Under the pieces are notes generated by a model. That model did not search any database and was not told the origin of the DNA. It worked only from the letters and a program-made list of their open reading frames with translations. Source: the human T2T-CHM13v2.0 reference genome, Homo sapiens. From it: a DNA stretch of 64,000 bases. Shown piece after piece: positions 16,345 to 32,425 of the stretch. Position numbers and translations under genes: made by a program. Location of the stretch: assembly GCF_009914755.1 (NCBI RefSeq), contig NC_060926.1. The stretch is one strand, 5' to 3'. How positions within the stretch are numbered: the stretch's first letter is position 1; every line of letters begins with the position of its first letter.

Positions 16345-18904
16345 TTATTTACATTAAGATGCAATAGTTTTATTCTTCTTTTAAGAACATTAAAACTATT
16401 TATAAATATCAGTAGATATGGTGCACCACCATTTGTGGTCTTCAATATTGAACTCTTCAAAATAGTTTCATAACATTTCCAACAGCAAGCAATTAGGTTT
16501 TTTTTAAATTACTATGAATTTATTTATTTGATATGTTTCACTCAGTTATTCTTGCTGATGCCCAAATTTTCCCCTCTTTGTTCAATGAGGTAATCTGTTT
16601 TTGAAACCTATTTAAAACTTCTGCAAATCTTGTTTTTACCTAGAAGAGCTTTGCCTGAATGTTCCTTTTTTTTTTTTTAATTAACCTGTGAGCCACCCGT
16701 GTATTCAGAAATGTTGAAAGAAAACTGTTTCTTCCCCACCTCTTGGTTTATTTACATAGAATATTGTACAAATGTGGTTTACTTCAGGGGCTTGTTTTGA
16801 ATTTGTGCTAATTCTCTCTGTTCCTTGGCCAATGACTACATTCTAAACCTCGGTCAGCTGCCTCACAAATGCATGCCTTCAGTCACCAGGACAACAAGAC
16901 AATAGAGTATCAGTACAAATAGATCACTATGATTGAGTCCTAGATTGAACTAAATAATGGATGAGTGTATTTGTTTTAAGAGGTGGCTGGTATTGATGAT
17001 ATCCTTAAACCATAGATAATCCACAAACAATTCTTACTTCATATCAAGACAAAATATAAAGTTCTTAATCATTTCTGAAGGTTATATGACCAAACAAGCT
17101 AGCCCTCTTCTGCTACTCCCTTGCTCAACTCCTTGTTTGTTCCAGGTGTATTCTGGAAAATGTAAAAAATGTAAAGCTTTTTCTGTGTGTACATCTATAT
17201 GTGAGGTAGGGAGGCAAGAACACACCTTTGGTTAATTTTTCCTTGAAACCTTGCATATCAGATTCATAATATCTTTGGGAGTGAGAATGCTTTGCTTTAA
17301 GAGGCGTCACAAAGTAAGTTTAGAACAATTGGAATGGAAACACTGTTGGGATTTTTTTTTTTTTTCTTTTTAGGAAATAATTCTAAAGCTCATCCAAAAG
17401 AACAGAAAAGTAAAACTAGTTGGGAATAATTTGTAAAATTATTTACTGTTTGTAAATAGTCAATAATTAAAGCAACCTGAAACTAGTGCAAGGATAGGCA
17501 CGGATCTGTAGATTAGATCCTGAGATATACTGTAACCTTCATATATTATAAATGTGGATGATCTTGTAAAACAAAAGAATTTCAGCATTCAGTGTGGAAG
17601 TTGGTTATTCAATGAATGGAAAATTAACTATAATGTTACCTGACATGATACACCAAAATTTCAGAAAAATTTTAGCATTAAAATGTAAGTCATAAAGGAA
17701 GCCATAAACATGTAGAAAACAGTCTCAAAAGATCTACCTGCAAAATGTTTATTAATCCCAAGGGGGACAAACAGTGACTTTAAATGGATAAAGATACATT
17801 TTAACCAAATAATCCAAGTATACACCAGTACTGGGACAAATTGATGTTGTGTATCTTTCTTCATAATGATACACTGGGAAGGACACGTCACTTACATAGT
17901 ATCTTCCCCAAAATACGTAACTTTAATTTAATCATGAGGAAGCCCAGAGGAAGAGACATACCACCAAACAGCTGGCCTGTACTCTTCAAAGATATCATAG
18001 TCATGAAAGACAGAAAGAGTAAAGAATGTTCCACATTAAAAGAGACAAGACAGTTAATGGATTCTGGACAAGGAAAACCTTTTCTTTTTGCTATAAAGGC
18101 CATTATTAAGATTACTGACTAATCTTTAGATCAGATAATATAAAATATTAATGTCTTGATTTTGATAATTGTGCTATGGTTATGTAAAAGAACGTACTTA
18201 TTTTTAGGAAATATACATTTAGGGGTAAAAGGCTTGTTATGTCACCAATTTAAATGGTTCATTAAAAAAATTATTTTTCTCAAGAGAATGATAAAGCAAA
18301 TGTTACCGTTGGAGACTTGGTAAAGGGTATGTGGGATGTGTTTCCACTATCAACTTTTCTGTAAAATAAATTATTTTGTAATTAAAAAACCAAGCAGAAC
18401 TAAATTGTAATGTTTAAGGATGTATACATGGTGGGGGTGGGTAACAGTAAAACACAAAGAGTGATTACTATAGAAAATACAGCCAAATAGCCAACTACAT
18501 ATTTAGCATTTGAATGCAGAAGAACTTTATAGACTGAAAGCAATGGAAGAAGTCACAAAGTAAAAACTGATATATTTAACTAGATAAAACAAGGAAACTC
18601 GTGAAAGGCAGAGTAAATAAAATTAAAAGGCAGAGCCCTTGTTCTGTGCCAGGCACCATACCATACAGGGTAATTTACTTATGTTATCTTAGTTTGAGAT
18701 AGTTGGGCAGATGATAATCTTCCTTGAAACTACTGTGACTTCACTAATAATAAGTCTTAAATTTATAAAGCTCTTTGTAATTTACAAAGTTCATTCATAA
18801 ATAACCTGTGTGTTGAGGGGGGTAGGGAGGGGTGCTTACTGTACTCATGCTCCTTACTGAAAGAAGAGAAGGCTTATTGCCCTGGGAAAACCACGAAACA
18901 CAGC

Positions 18905-18948
18905 ACCACACATACACACACACACATGCACACGCACACACATCCACA
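18905..18948. repeat. (CA)n-type imperfect microsatellite
   Basis: cacacatacacacacacacatgcacacgcacacaca. Confidence 0.8.
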
Positions 18949-19857
18949 CCCCTGATTGTACCAGGAATGGACACCTAACCCTGGGGCTAGTGACTTATCA
19001 GGTCCTGTTTCTTCAGAAATTGAATTAAGGTTCACAGAGGCTGTATTCAAAACAACGAGTCATCTGAACTGAAAAATTGTATGTAGTGGGCTCTGTGCAG
19101 GCTGACAAGTAAACAAACAAAAAGTAGTACTTTAGAGAAGCAAGAGTGGAGACAAGACATAGTATGAGAAGCAAAATGATAAACTATGTCTTGGTGGAGG
19201 GGTGAGTTGAGAGGGGGCTTAGGAGATAGGCACTCAGACTGCCCAGGTCCCAGATAGTTTCCTGTTTGCATTCCTGGTTCCCATGAAGTATTTGTTTTAT
19301 TTTGGTGGAGTGCTTTGGTGTATGCTGTCTGCAAATCTGTTTTTCTCCAAGCTAATATAGCTGGGTTTCGATTCTTTTCATCCTATCTAGAACACAGTTC
19401 TGATGTTAGAGACCTTAAGTGAAATAAGGTATGGGTATGTGAGCTGTGTGTGCTGCCCTTTACTAAGTCCTTATGGTAGATGTCTGAATTAGAGTTGTTG
19501 CTCTCCTTCACAACGCAGATACTTGCAAGTAAGTTTTCTTACTATCCATTGCATTTTATTTCTCTCTAGTATTCTAAATATTTGCTTCTTTTTTTTCCTT
19601 TGTGAGATTTCCTAATCCCTTTTCAAATGTTTTATCATTTCTGTTTCTTTGTACTTAGTAGTTACTTAGAAAACAAGTGTTAAATACCTATTAATCTTTC
19701 ACCAAAACTTATTCTGGTACTTTTTCTCCTATATTATCAAGTGAATCAGTATGTATAATAAATTGGCTCTCAGATAGTCCTTGCTGTTGGGAAGTTCTTC
19801 CTCCAGGGGAAAGTTTTTGCCCATCTCTCTATGTTATTCCCTGTGCACATTCTAATA

Positions 19858-21059
19858 TGTTTTTGTTTGTGCAGGCATCATTCAGTTTATGTATTGTTTA
19901 GATATGCCTCTAAAACAGGTTTTTATTATCCTATTTAAATTGTTACTAGTCTTGGATGCTGGGATGGTAGCATAGTCCATGGTTGCAGGTATGTTAGGGG
20001 TTGGCACACTTTTTCTGTGAGAGTCAGATAGTAAATATTTTAGGCTTTATGGGTGCCATAAGGTCTTTGTTGCAGTTAATGCTGATGTTGTAGCTGAAAG
20101 TAGTCATAGACAATACGTAAGCAAGTGGGTGTGACTGTGTTCTAAGAAAACTTTATCTACACACATAGGCCCCAGATTTAGCCCAGTTTGCTGATCCCTG
20201 GCTGTATATGACGTGAGAATTTGGATCAGTGAATTTATTATTTCTACCTAAATAAGTTGGGGAACTAAATGTTCTAGGTCAGTGTGTATATTTTAGATGG
20301 AACAAAAGAAAAAAGAGAATTTCTATTGTGCATACATTTGAGGGCTGTTAAGGAAGTTGCTTTCACTCATACACCAGGTATTAAGTGCTTACTGTGTGTC
20401 AGGTACCAAGCATACAAATAGTGTTGAATCAGAGAGGAGGTTCCTGCCTCATGACATAGCATTTAAAAATTATGAGATAAAGGTAGTGAAAATAATGTGA
20501 GAGTGCGTATCTGCGATTTGGTAGAGGGATTATTGTCCCTTTGGATTGGGTGGTTAGGGAAGACTTTCTGAGGAGGCCAGTAGGCTGGAAAGAGTTTAGA
20601 AATTAGTTTGGAGGGCTAATCAGGGGTCACATTCTGTTAAGCCTAATAGGCTGTGATGAAGAATTTGATTTTTACGTTAAGGAAGCTGTTATAAGGTAGT
20701 TTGTGCTTAAATAAATTACTTTTAAAGAAACCCTAGGACAAAATAAACAAGTCGGATTTCATATCGCCTAAGTCTGATACTACCTTACCTGTCCATTTAT
20801 GTGGCTGGTTCACAAAGGCACTATGCCTCAGAGATCTCACATACAGCTTGTGTGTGCCTATTTTTAGTTACTCAGTTGCATAAGTTCTAATTCTTGCTAG
20901 CACATTTTATAAAACCAAATGTTAAGATAGAGTATACTGTAAAGTTCCTAAAAAAGATGTATGTAAATGCAAAACCATCAGTTTCTCTTGTATAAAGCAC
21001 ATGTGGATAGTGTTTTTGTTTGTGCAGGCATCATTCAGTTTATGTATTGTTTAGATATG
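19858..21059 (+). repeat. 49-bp exact dispersed direct repeat (19858-19906 and 21011-21059)
   Basis: tgtttttgtttgtgcaggcatcattcagtttatgtattgtttagatatg occurs twice. Confidence 0.92.
19995..20200. mobile_element. MER58A-like hAT relic
   Basis: aggggttggcacac...agatagtaaatattttaggcttt...agtttgctgatccctg with terminal inverted ends. Confidence 0.7.
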
Positions 21060-22868
21060 TGTCAGTGAGAAATACTAATCAGCTGGTGGTCTAGCAATAC
21101 AGTCAAAGTAATGTAGGCTGGATCCGTGTAGGAAATGTTAATAATGTACTTAATAATGTACTTGTTTTTCCAGTATTTTACTTGAGTCATGGCATATATT
21201 TGAGATTATTTCTCTGAGTATGGACTTTTTCTCCCTCGTTTATTCCTTTTAGGGCAAAATAATATGTTGGTAATAGAATTTTGTATAGGTCCACGGTACC
21301 TGTTTAGAGAGCTTCTAATGGTATTTACTGTTTGTTAATATTTATTTTTGTTCAGTTTTTCTACTTCCAAAAAGTGGATATTGATTACTTGTTCATCAAA
21401 TTTTCAGTTTTTAAACTATTCTGTTATTTGTTCCTGTGTTTTATGGGCAGAATTATTAAGTGCTGTGATTATATCTTACATACAAAAGGAGGCAGGATTA
21501 CCTAGAGGATTACTCCATCTCTACTAATAGAGAAAGGACAAAAAAGAAAGTATGAAATCTAGTTGGATGTATGTAGATTGGCTTAGTGAAAAAAGATTCT
21601 CTAAATTCCAGATCCTCTGTCCTTTCCTTATTCTTTTATCTTTCTATATAGAGGTTATAAGCAGAGTCATGCCATGTGGTTTATTCTTTTTATCCTTTTT
21701 ATGAAAATAAGGTTTTCTCCAAATAAAGGTGAATATCCATTTCAACAAGTTTCCACTCCAATTTGCTGTCCCCCTCAAGGATTACTGATATAATACTGAT
21801 TCTTACCTTTCCTTTTATATATGAGTAATTGGGAATGAGTATGGAGGTTTCCTATTTTTGTTATTCATAACTGAGTTTGTTAAATTGCTAGCCCTGTATA
21901 TATTTATTATCATGAGTTGGCTGCTGTGCTGGATAGCTGCTATCTGCACTTCTCACTCCAGTCTTTTCCCTGCTCTGGCTCCAAGCAGCTGGTCTGTCTG
22001 GATATACAAATGGGCTTCTTGTCCCTGCTTTCTAGTTGGGTTCAGCTGGTGGGGAACATTTTCAGCTGATTGAAGGAAAGGAGGAGAGAGAGGTTAGGAT
22101 TTTTACTTTTCATGACTTCTTCCTGTGGGATTTCTGTAGCCTGGCCGCATCCTTCCATTGAAGTTTCCAGTTCCTATCAGGCAGCTGACATTTTTCTTTC
22201 TTCCCCTGCTTTACTGCCAATGGGTAGTGATATGCCCTGCTGTTACTAACCCTGGGATATAACACTCTCACTTGTGATTTCCTTACAACCCACCTATGCT
22301 TCGTAACAGTCTCCTTATTAAACTTCCTTCAAATTATCCAAATTGACTGTGCCATCCATTTCTATAGTAACTGACTGATAAAATATGCTTTAACATGTTT
22401 TAGATTCTGTCAGTGTCTGTTATGATTCCAATTATAGAGTGGATTAGGACTAAGGGAAAAAATTATCAATTTTATGAATTTATTCTGTTGTCTGGTGTGA
22501 TTTTATTTTTAGTTCTTCCATAATATCTGGCTTTGAGTATTGCCAGTTTATTGAACACTTAATATGGCACAGCCCATTATTTGAAGCATTATGGGGAATC
22601 CAAAAGTAAATGAGACACATGCTCCGTGATTCTACTACTAGGCAGTTTGGAATGAGTTTCCTGTGAGAGCTACAAAATGCTAGAAGTTCAGAGGAGGGAG
22701 AGTGCTCTGTCAAGACCACTATGATTGTGTCTGCAGCAGGAATGAAGGGAGATCTACAGCTTCCTGTATTTTCCTGGTAAGACCACCCTTCCCAGTCATT
22801 GCTTATTTTATCACTCCATAGCCCATCACTGCAAACCACTTAAGAGACCAGGCCCAAAAGTAATATAA

Positions 22869-23241
<373 letters not shown>

Positions 23242-23584
23242 TAGGTTATATTATTATTTGCATTTTACAGATAAATGTTAACTTGCTCAAGTCAAATAGC
23301 AGCATACAGAGTTGGAATTCAAACTCATGCAGTCTGATTCCCTTGTCCAAGCTCATTAACTACCATAACCATCACATTATTCTACAATTAGAATTGATTA
23401 TTCACCTCCCCCAAAAGAGACCATCAAAACCAATTCCATTGTTGCATATAATTCCTTGTTTTAGGTGTCATTCTTGCTCCTCAGTGCTGTTTTTAGCCCC
23501 TCACCCCCACTTTTAATGTCAATAGATTTTATCACTTGCTGCATCTTCTTGTTGCAGTCATACCAGTCGGTCTCCCTCATTCAG

Positions 23585-23885
23585 TATTTATTTATTTATT
23601 TAGAGACAGGGTCTCACTGTATGACACCCAGGATGGAGTAGAGTGGTATGATCAAGGGTGACTGCAACCTCTACTTGCCAGGCTCAGGTGATTCTCTCAC
23701 CTCAGCCTCCCGAGTAGCTGGGACTACACATGCACCACCATGCTCAGTGAATTTTTATATTTTTTGTAGAGACTGTATTTTGCCATGTTGCCCAGGCTGG
23801 TCTTGAATTCCTGGGCTCAAGCAATCCATCCGTTTGGGCCTCGCAAAGTGCTGGGATTACAGGAGTGAGCCATCGTATTCAGCCC
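23585..23885 (-). mobile_element. Alu (AluJ-like)
   Basis: (TTTA)n tail; TSD ccctcattca. Confidence 0.9.
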
Positions 23886-24825
23886 CCTCATTCATTTTAG
23901 GTACTGTTTTTATTCTCACTAGTGTTAATCATTTTGGCAATTCCAGTATCCACGTAGATATCTGCATGGCCCTCTGAATTCCTTGACCTCCAGTGATCCT
24001 TCATACTACTTTAGACCTTTTATTGATTGATAACTGTATCACCTCCCAGATTTCAGTTTCAAGCATCCAGCTCTCTGACCACCACTGATTCTCTCTTCCT
24101 GGCTTACTCTAATACTGGAGCCAACAATTTTGGGACAATCATCAGCATCTCTATTCCTTCATTTCACTAAATCCCTTTGTTATCCGTCTTCCTCCTGATG
24201 TCTTTATTTTTCTTAGCTTAGATTCCATGGTCTGTTAATATAATCACCTTTTTCCAACTTCTGTCATATTCTGCTTGATTAAACCAATATTCTACCTACT
24301 TTTACCTAAATAGCCAGATAAAGCTGGAGAAAAAAAGCCTTCGGACTAGTTTCACTTTATATATTGATGGCCACAAGTCTTCAGTGCTTCCTAGTCAGTT
24401 CATTCTCTCCCTTTTTTCCCAACCTTGAAACCCCCTTTTTTCAGTTGATGGTGTTTATTTTAGTAAAAAACCAAAACAAGCAGAAAAGAGACTTTATACT
24501 CTATCAGCAAATCTAGATGCCTGAAATAGCAATGTTAGTAGAATGTTGGGAGCAGAATGCAACCTTTCAGGGACTAAACTGTGAGTAGGTCATAAGGAAT
24601 TAGAGATTGATGTTTTCCCAGGTGTGTCACTGAAACACTGTCTGTGTTAAATGAATCTTACCCCGTAATAGGCTTACTGGCTAAATTTGGGAGATGCTGA
24701 AAGCTGTGTATAGTTTGAATCTCTCTTTCCCTCTCTCTCTGGTGTTCTGATACAGAGGCAAGGAAAGATGAATAAAATTACAGGTAGAAAGTAAGTTTCC
24801 ATCTGGTGGCCTAGATGTTACTAAA

Positions 24826-25025
24826 GCATTGGTTTTCAAACTTTAGCCCACTTCAGAATAACCTGGAGGACTTGATAAAACAGATTGCTGGGTTCTACCT
24901 AGAGGGACTGATTTCACATGTCTTGGGTTGCTCCTGAAAATTTGCATTTCCAACAAGTTCTTAGTTGACACTGATGTTGCTTGCTGATTTACGGAACTGG
25001 GAATCACATATTGAGAGTTACTTCA
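24826..25025. mobile_element. MER5A-like hAT relic
   Basis: ggttttcaaact...cagaataacctggagg...cagattgctggg...tttgcatttccaacaagttc. Confidence 0.7.
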
Positions 25026-25949
25026 CTTGAGTAAGAATTCAACTGTCAAGAGTGTCAAGATTGGTTAGGATTTTGATCTATAAATATAGGAAATAGCTGC
25101 TGTGGGGCAATATAATAGGAAATTAGAGCCGATTAATAACTTTGAGGGACTTTGACAGTGAGACAGTTTGAATTTGTAGAGGACTCAAGCAGCTATTTTT
25201 AATGACTTTTTTCTCTAGCAGTGTGACCTTCCAGAGAGCAGGAACAGAACCACAGCAGTTAGTAAACAATTTTGAGGGAATCCTGCAGGCTGCTTATGTC
25301 AAATAGTTTATCATCAAGCACTCCATCTTTGCTTTGCGTTACGAGTGCCAAGATGGCAGCTCTATGATCTGTCTGCCCTTAGCCCATCTGCTTCATTTTA
25401 TTTATTTATTTGTATGCTTATTATTTATTCATTTATTGATTTTAGTTTTAAAAGTGGTATGTGGCAGAGGTTTTGGAATATAGTAAAGTGTCCATCAAAT
25501 ACAGTCAATAGTTTCATGGCTTTGGGTAAATAACTACCCTGTCTCTTGTTTTCTCATTTGGGAAGTTTTAAAATAGAAGAATGAAAAACTTCCAGGCCTC
25601 CCTTTATGAATGTAACTGATAAATCTTTAAAAATCTTAAAGAATTACATTTTGGGAGAATCATTAGTTAGGTTTCTGCCTGAGGAGAGTCCCATGTAGTT
25701 CTTTGTAAGTGGCTAAATATTGGACAAGCTGGGTCTCTTAAAGGTCTGTAGTATTTCTGGCAGTAAGTTGTACTAATGTTCCTGGATGTCTGTACTTCTC
25801 AGGCGTTGCCAGTGAAATGTTTTCATAATGGATTGTGCCTTACTCTAGTTCTCACTCGTTTTAACTGTCACTTCCTAAATGACTTTATAGTATCTGTACT
25901 GAGCCTGGAATAGGAAGGAACCACAAGAAATATATATATAGACAGACAG

Positions 25950-26233
25950 ACACGGAGTCTCACTCTGTCGTCAGGCTGGAGTGCAGTGGCGCAATCTCGG
26001 CTCACTGCAACCTCTGACTCCCGGGTTCAAGCGATTCTCCTGCTTCAGCTTCTGGAGTAGCTGGGGTTACAGGCATGCGCCACCATGCCCAGCTATTTGT
26101 TTTTTCTGTATTTTTAGTAGAGGTGGGGTTTCACCATGTTGGCCATGATGGTCTCGATCTCCTGACCTCATGATCCGCCTGCCTTGGCCTCCCATAGTGC
26201 TGGGATTACAGGCGTGAGCCACCACGCCCGACC
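25950..26233 (-). mobile_element. Alu (AluS-like)
   Basis: Antisense Alu; TSD ccacaagaaat. Confidence 0.92.
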
Positions 26234-26529
26234 CACAAGAAATGTTTTGAAACAGATTTGGGGACATGATAGGAAAGGAGAAGGGCAAGTCCTTTCTCCT
26301 AACCTTTCTCTTATTTCTCCCATACCCAGTTCAGTGAGCAGGTAAGATTGAGAAGTACGCTTTTCCTTCCCTGATTTCTTAAATACTTGTCAGGGTTTTT
26401 GAAACCAGATACTATGCTCTTTTCATAGTGTCGTAATTGCTTATTCTTTAGAATAATGTATTTTGGAAACTCGTGGACTTGTTTTTGATAATTTTGCTGA
26501 GGAATAGTTGATAACTTGGATATTTAAAC

Positions 26530-27130
26530 TGATAACGTGTACATACTTAAAGTGTACAATTTGATGAGTTTTGACATTTGTATGTATCATGAAACCACTA
26601 CCACAATAACAAGATAGCATATATTTTCATTGTGCAACCCTTTGTAATGAATCCACTGATCTGCTTTTCATCGCTGTAGACTGGTTTACATTAAAAATTT
26701 AAATGAATGGAAATATGCAGTATATACGTTTTGGTGGGGGGGTGCACATGTTTCTTTCAGCATAATCTTGAGGTTTATTCATGTTTCTTGTATTAATGGT
26801 TTTCTCCTTTTAATTGCTGAATAATGTTCTTCTTTGGATATTCTCCCATTTGTTTATTCACTTGTTTATGAACAATTGGGTGATTTCCAGTTTGGGGTTA
26901 TTATCAGTAAAGCTGCTATAAATATTTATGTACAGTCTGAGTGTGGAAAAGTGCTTTTATTTTTCTTGAATAAATACCTAGAAGTAGAATGGCTACATCA
27001 TATGCTAGGTCTATGTTTAACTCTTGAGAAACTGCCAAATGTTTTCCAAAGTGCTTACACCATTTTACATTCTAAAGAATTCCGGTTGTTCCACATTGTT
27101 ACCAACACATGATGCAGTCACACTTTGTTT
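26530..27130 (-). mobile_element. Old L1M (L1MC/ME-like) 3' fragment
   Basis: cttaaagtgtacaatttgatgagttttgaca...ttccagtttgggg...aaactgccaaatgttttccaaagtg. Confidence 0.65.
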
Positions 27131-27180
27131 TCAGCTTTTCTAGTAGTATATGCATGTCTGTCTTGTGGAGTCTCAGTGTC

Positions 27181-27446
27181 TTTTTTTTTTTTTTTTTTTT
27201 TTTAAAGACAGAGTTTTGCTCTTGTCGCCCAGGCTGGAGTGCAATGACATGATCTTGGCTCACTGCAACCTCCCCTTCCTGGGTTCAAGCCATTCTTCTG
27301 ACTCAGCCTCCTGAGTAGCTGGGATTACAGGCATGCACCACTACGCCTGGCTAATTTTTTTGTATTTTTAGTAGAGATGGGGTTTCACCATTTTGGCCAG
27401 TCTAGTCCCGAACTCCTGACCTCAGGTGATCCGCCTGCACCCGGCC
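27181..27446 (-). mobile_element. Alu with a short deletion near its 5' end
   Basis: gatccgcctgc joins directly to acccggcc; TSD ctcagtgtc. Confidence 0.9.
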
Positions 27447-27544
27447 TCAGTGTCATTTTAATTTGCATTTTATGCATGACTAATGATAGTGGGCTGCTGA
27501 TATCTTTGGTGAAGTGTTTGTTCAGACCTTTTGCCCCTGCTTTA

Positions 27545-27848
<304 letters not shown>

Positions 27849-28611
27849 CAAGTGTTGGGTTATCTGTCTTTTATAATTGAGTTGTAGGAATTCTTTATAT
27901 ATTCCAGTTTCAAGTTCTTATACATTTTACAAATACTTTTGATCAGTTGGTGTCTTGATTTTTGTACTTTTTAAGTTTTTTTGAAGAATAGTTTTTTATT
28001 TTGATGAAGTCTGCTTTATCAGTTTTTCTCTTTATAGTTCTTTTTGTGCTATTTTATTTCATTTCTCTTTTGGTTTTTCTGAAAGTTAAATATCTCAGAT
28101 TCTCATTTTTTAGCTATTGGACCAAAAATGCATAGGAGACAGCTATAAAGCTAATAGTGTGTTTGCCTTATATTTGTGTTTATTGTTACAATTTTAAAGT
28201 GTTTATGATTCTAGTATTTTTGTTTGTTCTTTTTGGTTTTTTAGACTTGCTAAAGGGCCTGTGAAATAGCCATTGGTTCAGTTCCTTTGTTTTGTAAGGG
28301 AACTGAGCAGGTTACATGACTTTGCTAATGGTGAAGTTTATGATTATGCCAAGACTGAAAAGACCCCAGGTCCTCTGAAATCCCACTTCACTCTTCATTT
28401 CCCCTTTTTAATGATTTTGTTGCTAAAATTTTACTGCATACTGCAACATATTAAAAATAAATTTAGTTCCTGTTTATTAGTATCCTCATTGAAAGCATAT
28501 TATTAAAATTATTATGTAGATTAGCTTCCTGAAAGAATCATAGTATCCCCTTAAAATTTCATTAAGTGAAGATGTTGAATTTAACATATATTTTTTTAAT
28601 TCTTTCCAAAG

Positions 28612-28727
28612 GTCTGTAAACAGATTTGGCTAGGATTATTTGATGATAGATCTTCAGCAATTCCAGACTTCAGGGATCCACAAAAAGTGAAAGAGTTTCT
28701 ACAAGAAAAGTATGAAAAGAAAAGATG
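28612..28727 (+). CDS. AGFG1: AGFG1 exon 3 (116 nt), end of ArfGAP domain
   Basis: ttccaaag|GTC TGT AAA...AGA TG|gtgagt; encodes VCKQIWLGLFDDRSSAIPDFRDPQKVKEFLQEKYEKKRW. Confidence 0.97.
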
Positions 28728-29729
28728 GTGAGTGAAGAGTTTGTATGTAGAATAAAGCCTCCCCAAATCACATATTAACTATGGGTAAGGTTAGTCTGAC
28801 ACAATGAAGGATAAAAGACAGACAGTGAGAACTAGATAGGTATATAATTCATTATCCCTTGGCTTTTTGTTGGTTTGGTTTCTGAAAACCTTTACTTCTA
28901 CTTTATCTTAACTCATCTGTTCCTGGCAGCAGGCTTTTTGTTGTAATAATTACCAGGAAAGTTAGGGATTCTTCCTTCTAATCATTCCCTATCTCTGTTA
29001 GCTTCTTTAAATATGTTTTGCCCTACAAAGCCTCCGTTCTTAAAAATCATTAATTTAGCAAGTATTTACTGAGTCATATCTTTTTTTAATTTATTGAGTT
29101 TCATCTTCTGTATACTAGGCACTATGCTAAAGCTCTGGTGTAGTAATCCATCTACTTAATTGTCTGTTGTAGCCTTTGCTCAAAATATTTTTTCTTTTGA
29201 CCTAAGAAATCAGTTTACTTTCTGGTTAAGAAGGGAGCATTTACTTTTCCCTAACTAAATCTATCAGATGTTAATTTTTAAAAATTAATTCCAACAGGTT
29301 GTACATATAGCTAGTAAGCCCCTTGCTATGGAATAGGGACTATATCTATAAAGCTAGTGTTCAGCTACTGAGGGTTCTTCATTTTTAGCTATATGAGCAC
29401 AATTTAAGTTACTAAGACTCATTAACTATGAACTTTTGGTTATTTCTTTAATAGTATTGCATAGTGGATACTTTCATCTTGGGAGGTTAACAAGATGGGG
29501 CAGAGAGTCAAAATAGAGGGAATAAATAATGGGGAAGTAACGAGCTTCTTGTTTGCTTGAGGAACTCTGTTTCAACCCAATAGAATCTGTTCAGAGCCTG
29601 TTTTGGTCCTGAGGGAACATTTGTTGTGGTTTACAGCAGAGGTCTTTACCTTCATTCAGGAGCACATTAGCTCTGACTTGCATGCTCTATCAAAATTTGT
29701 ATTCTTACTACTTTCCAAAATAGACTACA

Positions 29730-30939
<1,210 letters not shown>

Positions 30940-32425
30940 TTACTTTGCCAGGTGAGTCTTTTGAACCAATAACTATCATTTGATTTTATCCTTTGATAAG
31001 ACTTGGCTATACTGAAGAATTTGTATTAGTAGTATGCTAAATTATGGGAAAATATAACTTCTTGTATTCATTCTCATACATCTTTTATCTCTCCCATTTA
31101 CTTGAAAGCAGTTGTTTGTGATTATTATGTAGTTTAGTGACAGTGAACACTTAGTTAACACGTATACCAGGAATTGTTCTCAGTGCTTTACAAATGTTAA
31201 CTTGTTTAAACCTAGGCAACTCTGCCTCTCCATTTTATAAATGAAAAAAATGGAAGCACAAAGAGTTGAAGTATTAATAGTTTGCCCAAGGTTTCACAGC
31301 CATTTAGTGGTAGAGCTGGGATTTGAACTCTTGTCTCTGGAACAGGTGCTCTTAAGCATGGTTTTCCTTCTTTCCTCACCTACTTCATATGGGGAATAAG
31401 AAGGAGGGTAGGACAAAACCCAGAATTACAAAGAGCAAAAGCTCTCACATAATCCCACACCTAGAGGTCAGGATTGCCTATGTTTGGACATTATTATATC
31501 CTTGCTACCTCTCCTTTCTTGACTCGCCTCCTCACATAAATCATGTGTTTATATGACTGGAATCAAATCTGAAAGACCTGTGAAGTTTCCTCTTTCCATG
31601 TCAAAGCAGAGTAGCTATGAGTATTGTATTATCGTAAATTTTTTTTCCTTGATAGATGTTGGGTTTGTTTCCCAGTTTTTGTGAAATTATAAAGAGAGGA
31701 CTGTGGTTAACATCCATGTGTACATGCATCTGTATACGCTTACCAATTCTTAAGGATGTTTCTGGAAGTGGCACTTCTGGTGCACAAAGCACACCTATTT
31801 ATATATTTTAGTAGGTAGCAATAAAAAATTGTAAAGTTCACACTTAGCTCATAGGTGAATAAAACCTTAATTTGCATTTTTGTCAGGTTAAAAGTGTTTT
31901 CATTTTTGTGTCTCCTGTCTTCTGTGAATTGCTTCTTTTGTTCATTTAAAATGGGATGATCTTATTCTTACAGATGTAATAAGCCTTTATATTTTAGGCT
32001 GTTAACTGTAATATTACAAATGTTTTCCTACCTCATCTTTCTTCAAATGTTATTTAGATCTTAAGATAATTTTAAAAATTATAGTATGAACTATTCATGG
32101 TGATGACTAATTGTAGGTCCTCTGTTTAAAAAAAGCAGTTATTTCTTATATTGTACTTAATATCTTAGAAAAACCATAAATAAGTAATTGAAACAAGTTT
32201 TGTGGTTAGTCTTCTCTTTTCTCTGAGTATTTCAAATATTTAATGGGTGTAGTCTTAAGCTGTCGTTCCTTTTTTAAAAAATATGCAAAGTTATTCTGTG
32301 TGAGAGGGTTTTCAGATAAGATTAATGGTGAAACAATCTTGTACAAAGTTAGAATTAAGCTTATCATTTTTTGATATAGAATTACCTACATTTTTTTTTA
32401 GTTAACTGTTTTTTACATGTTTTAG

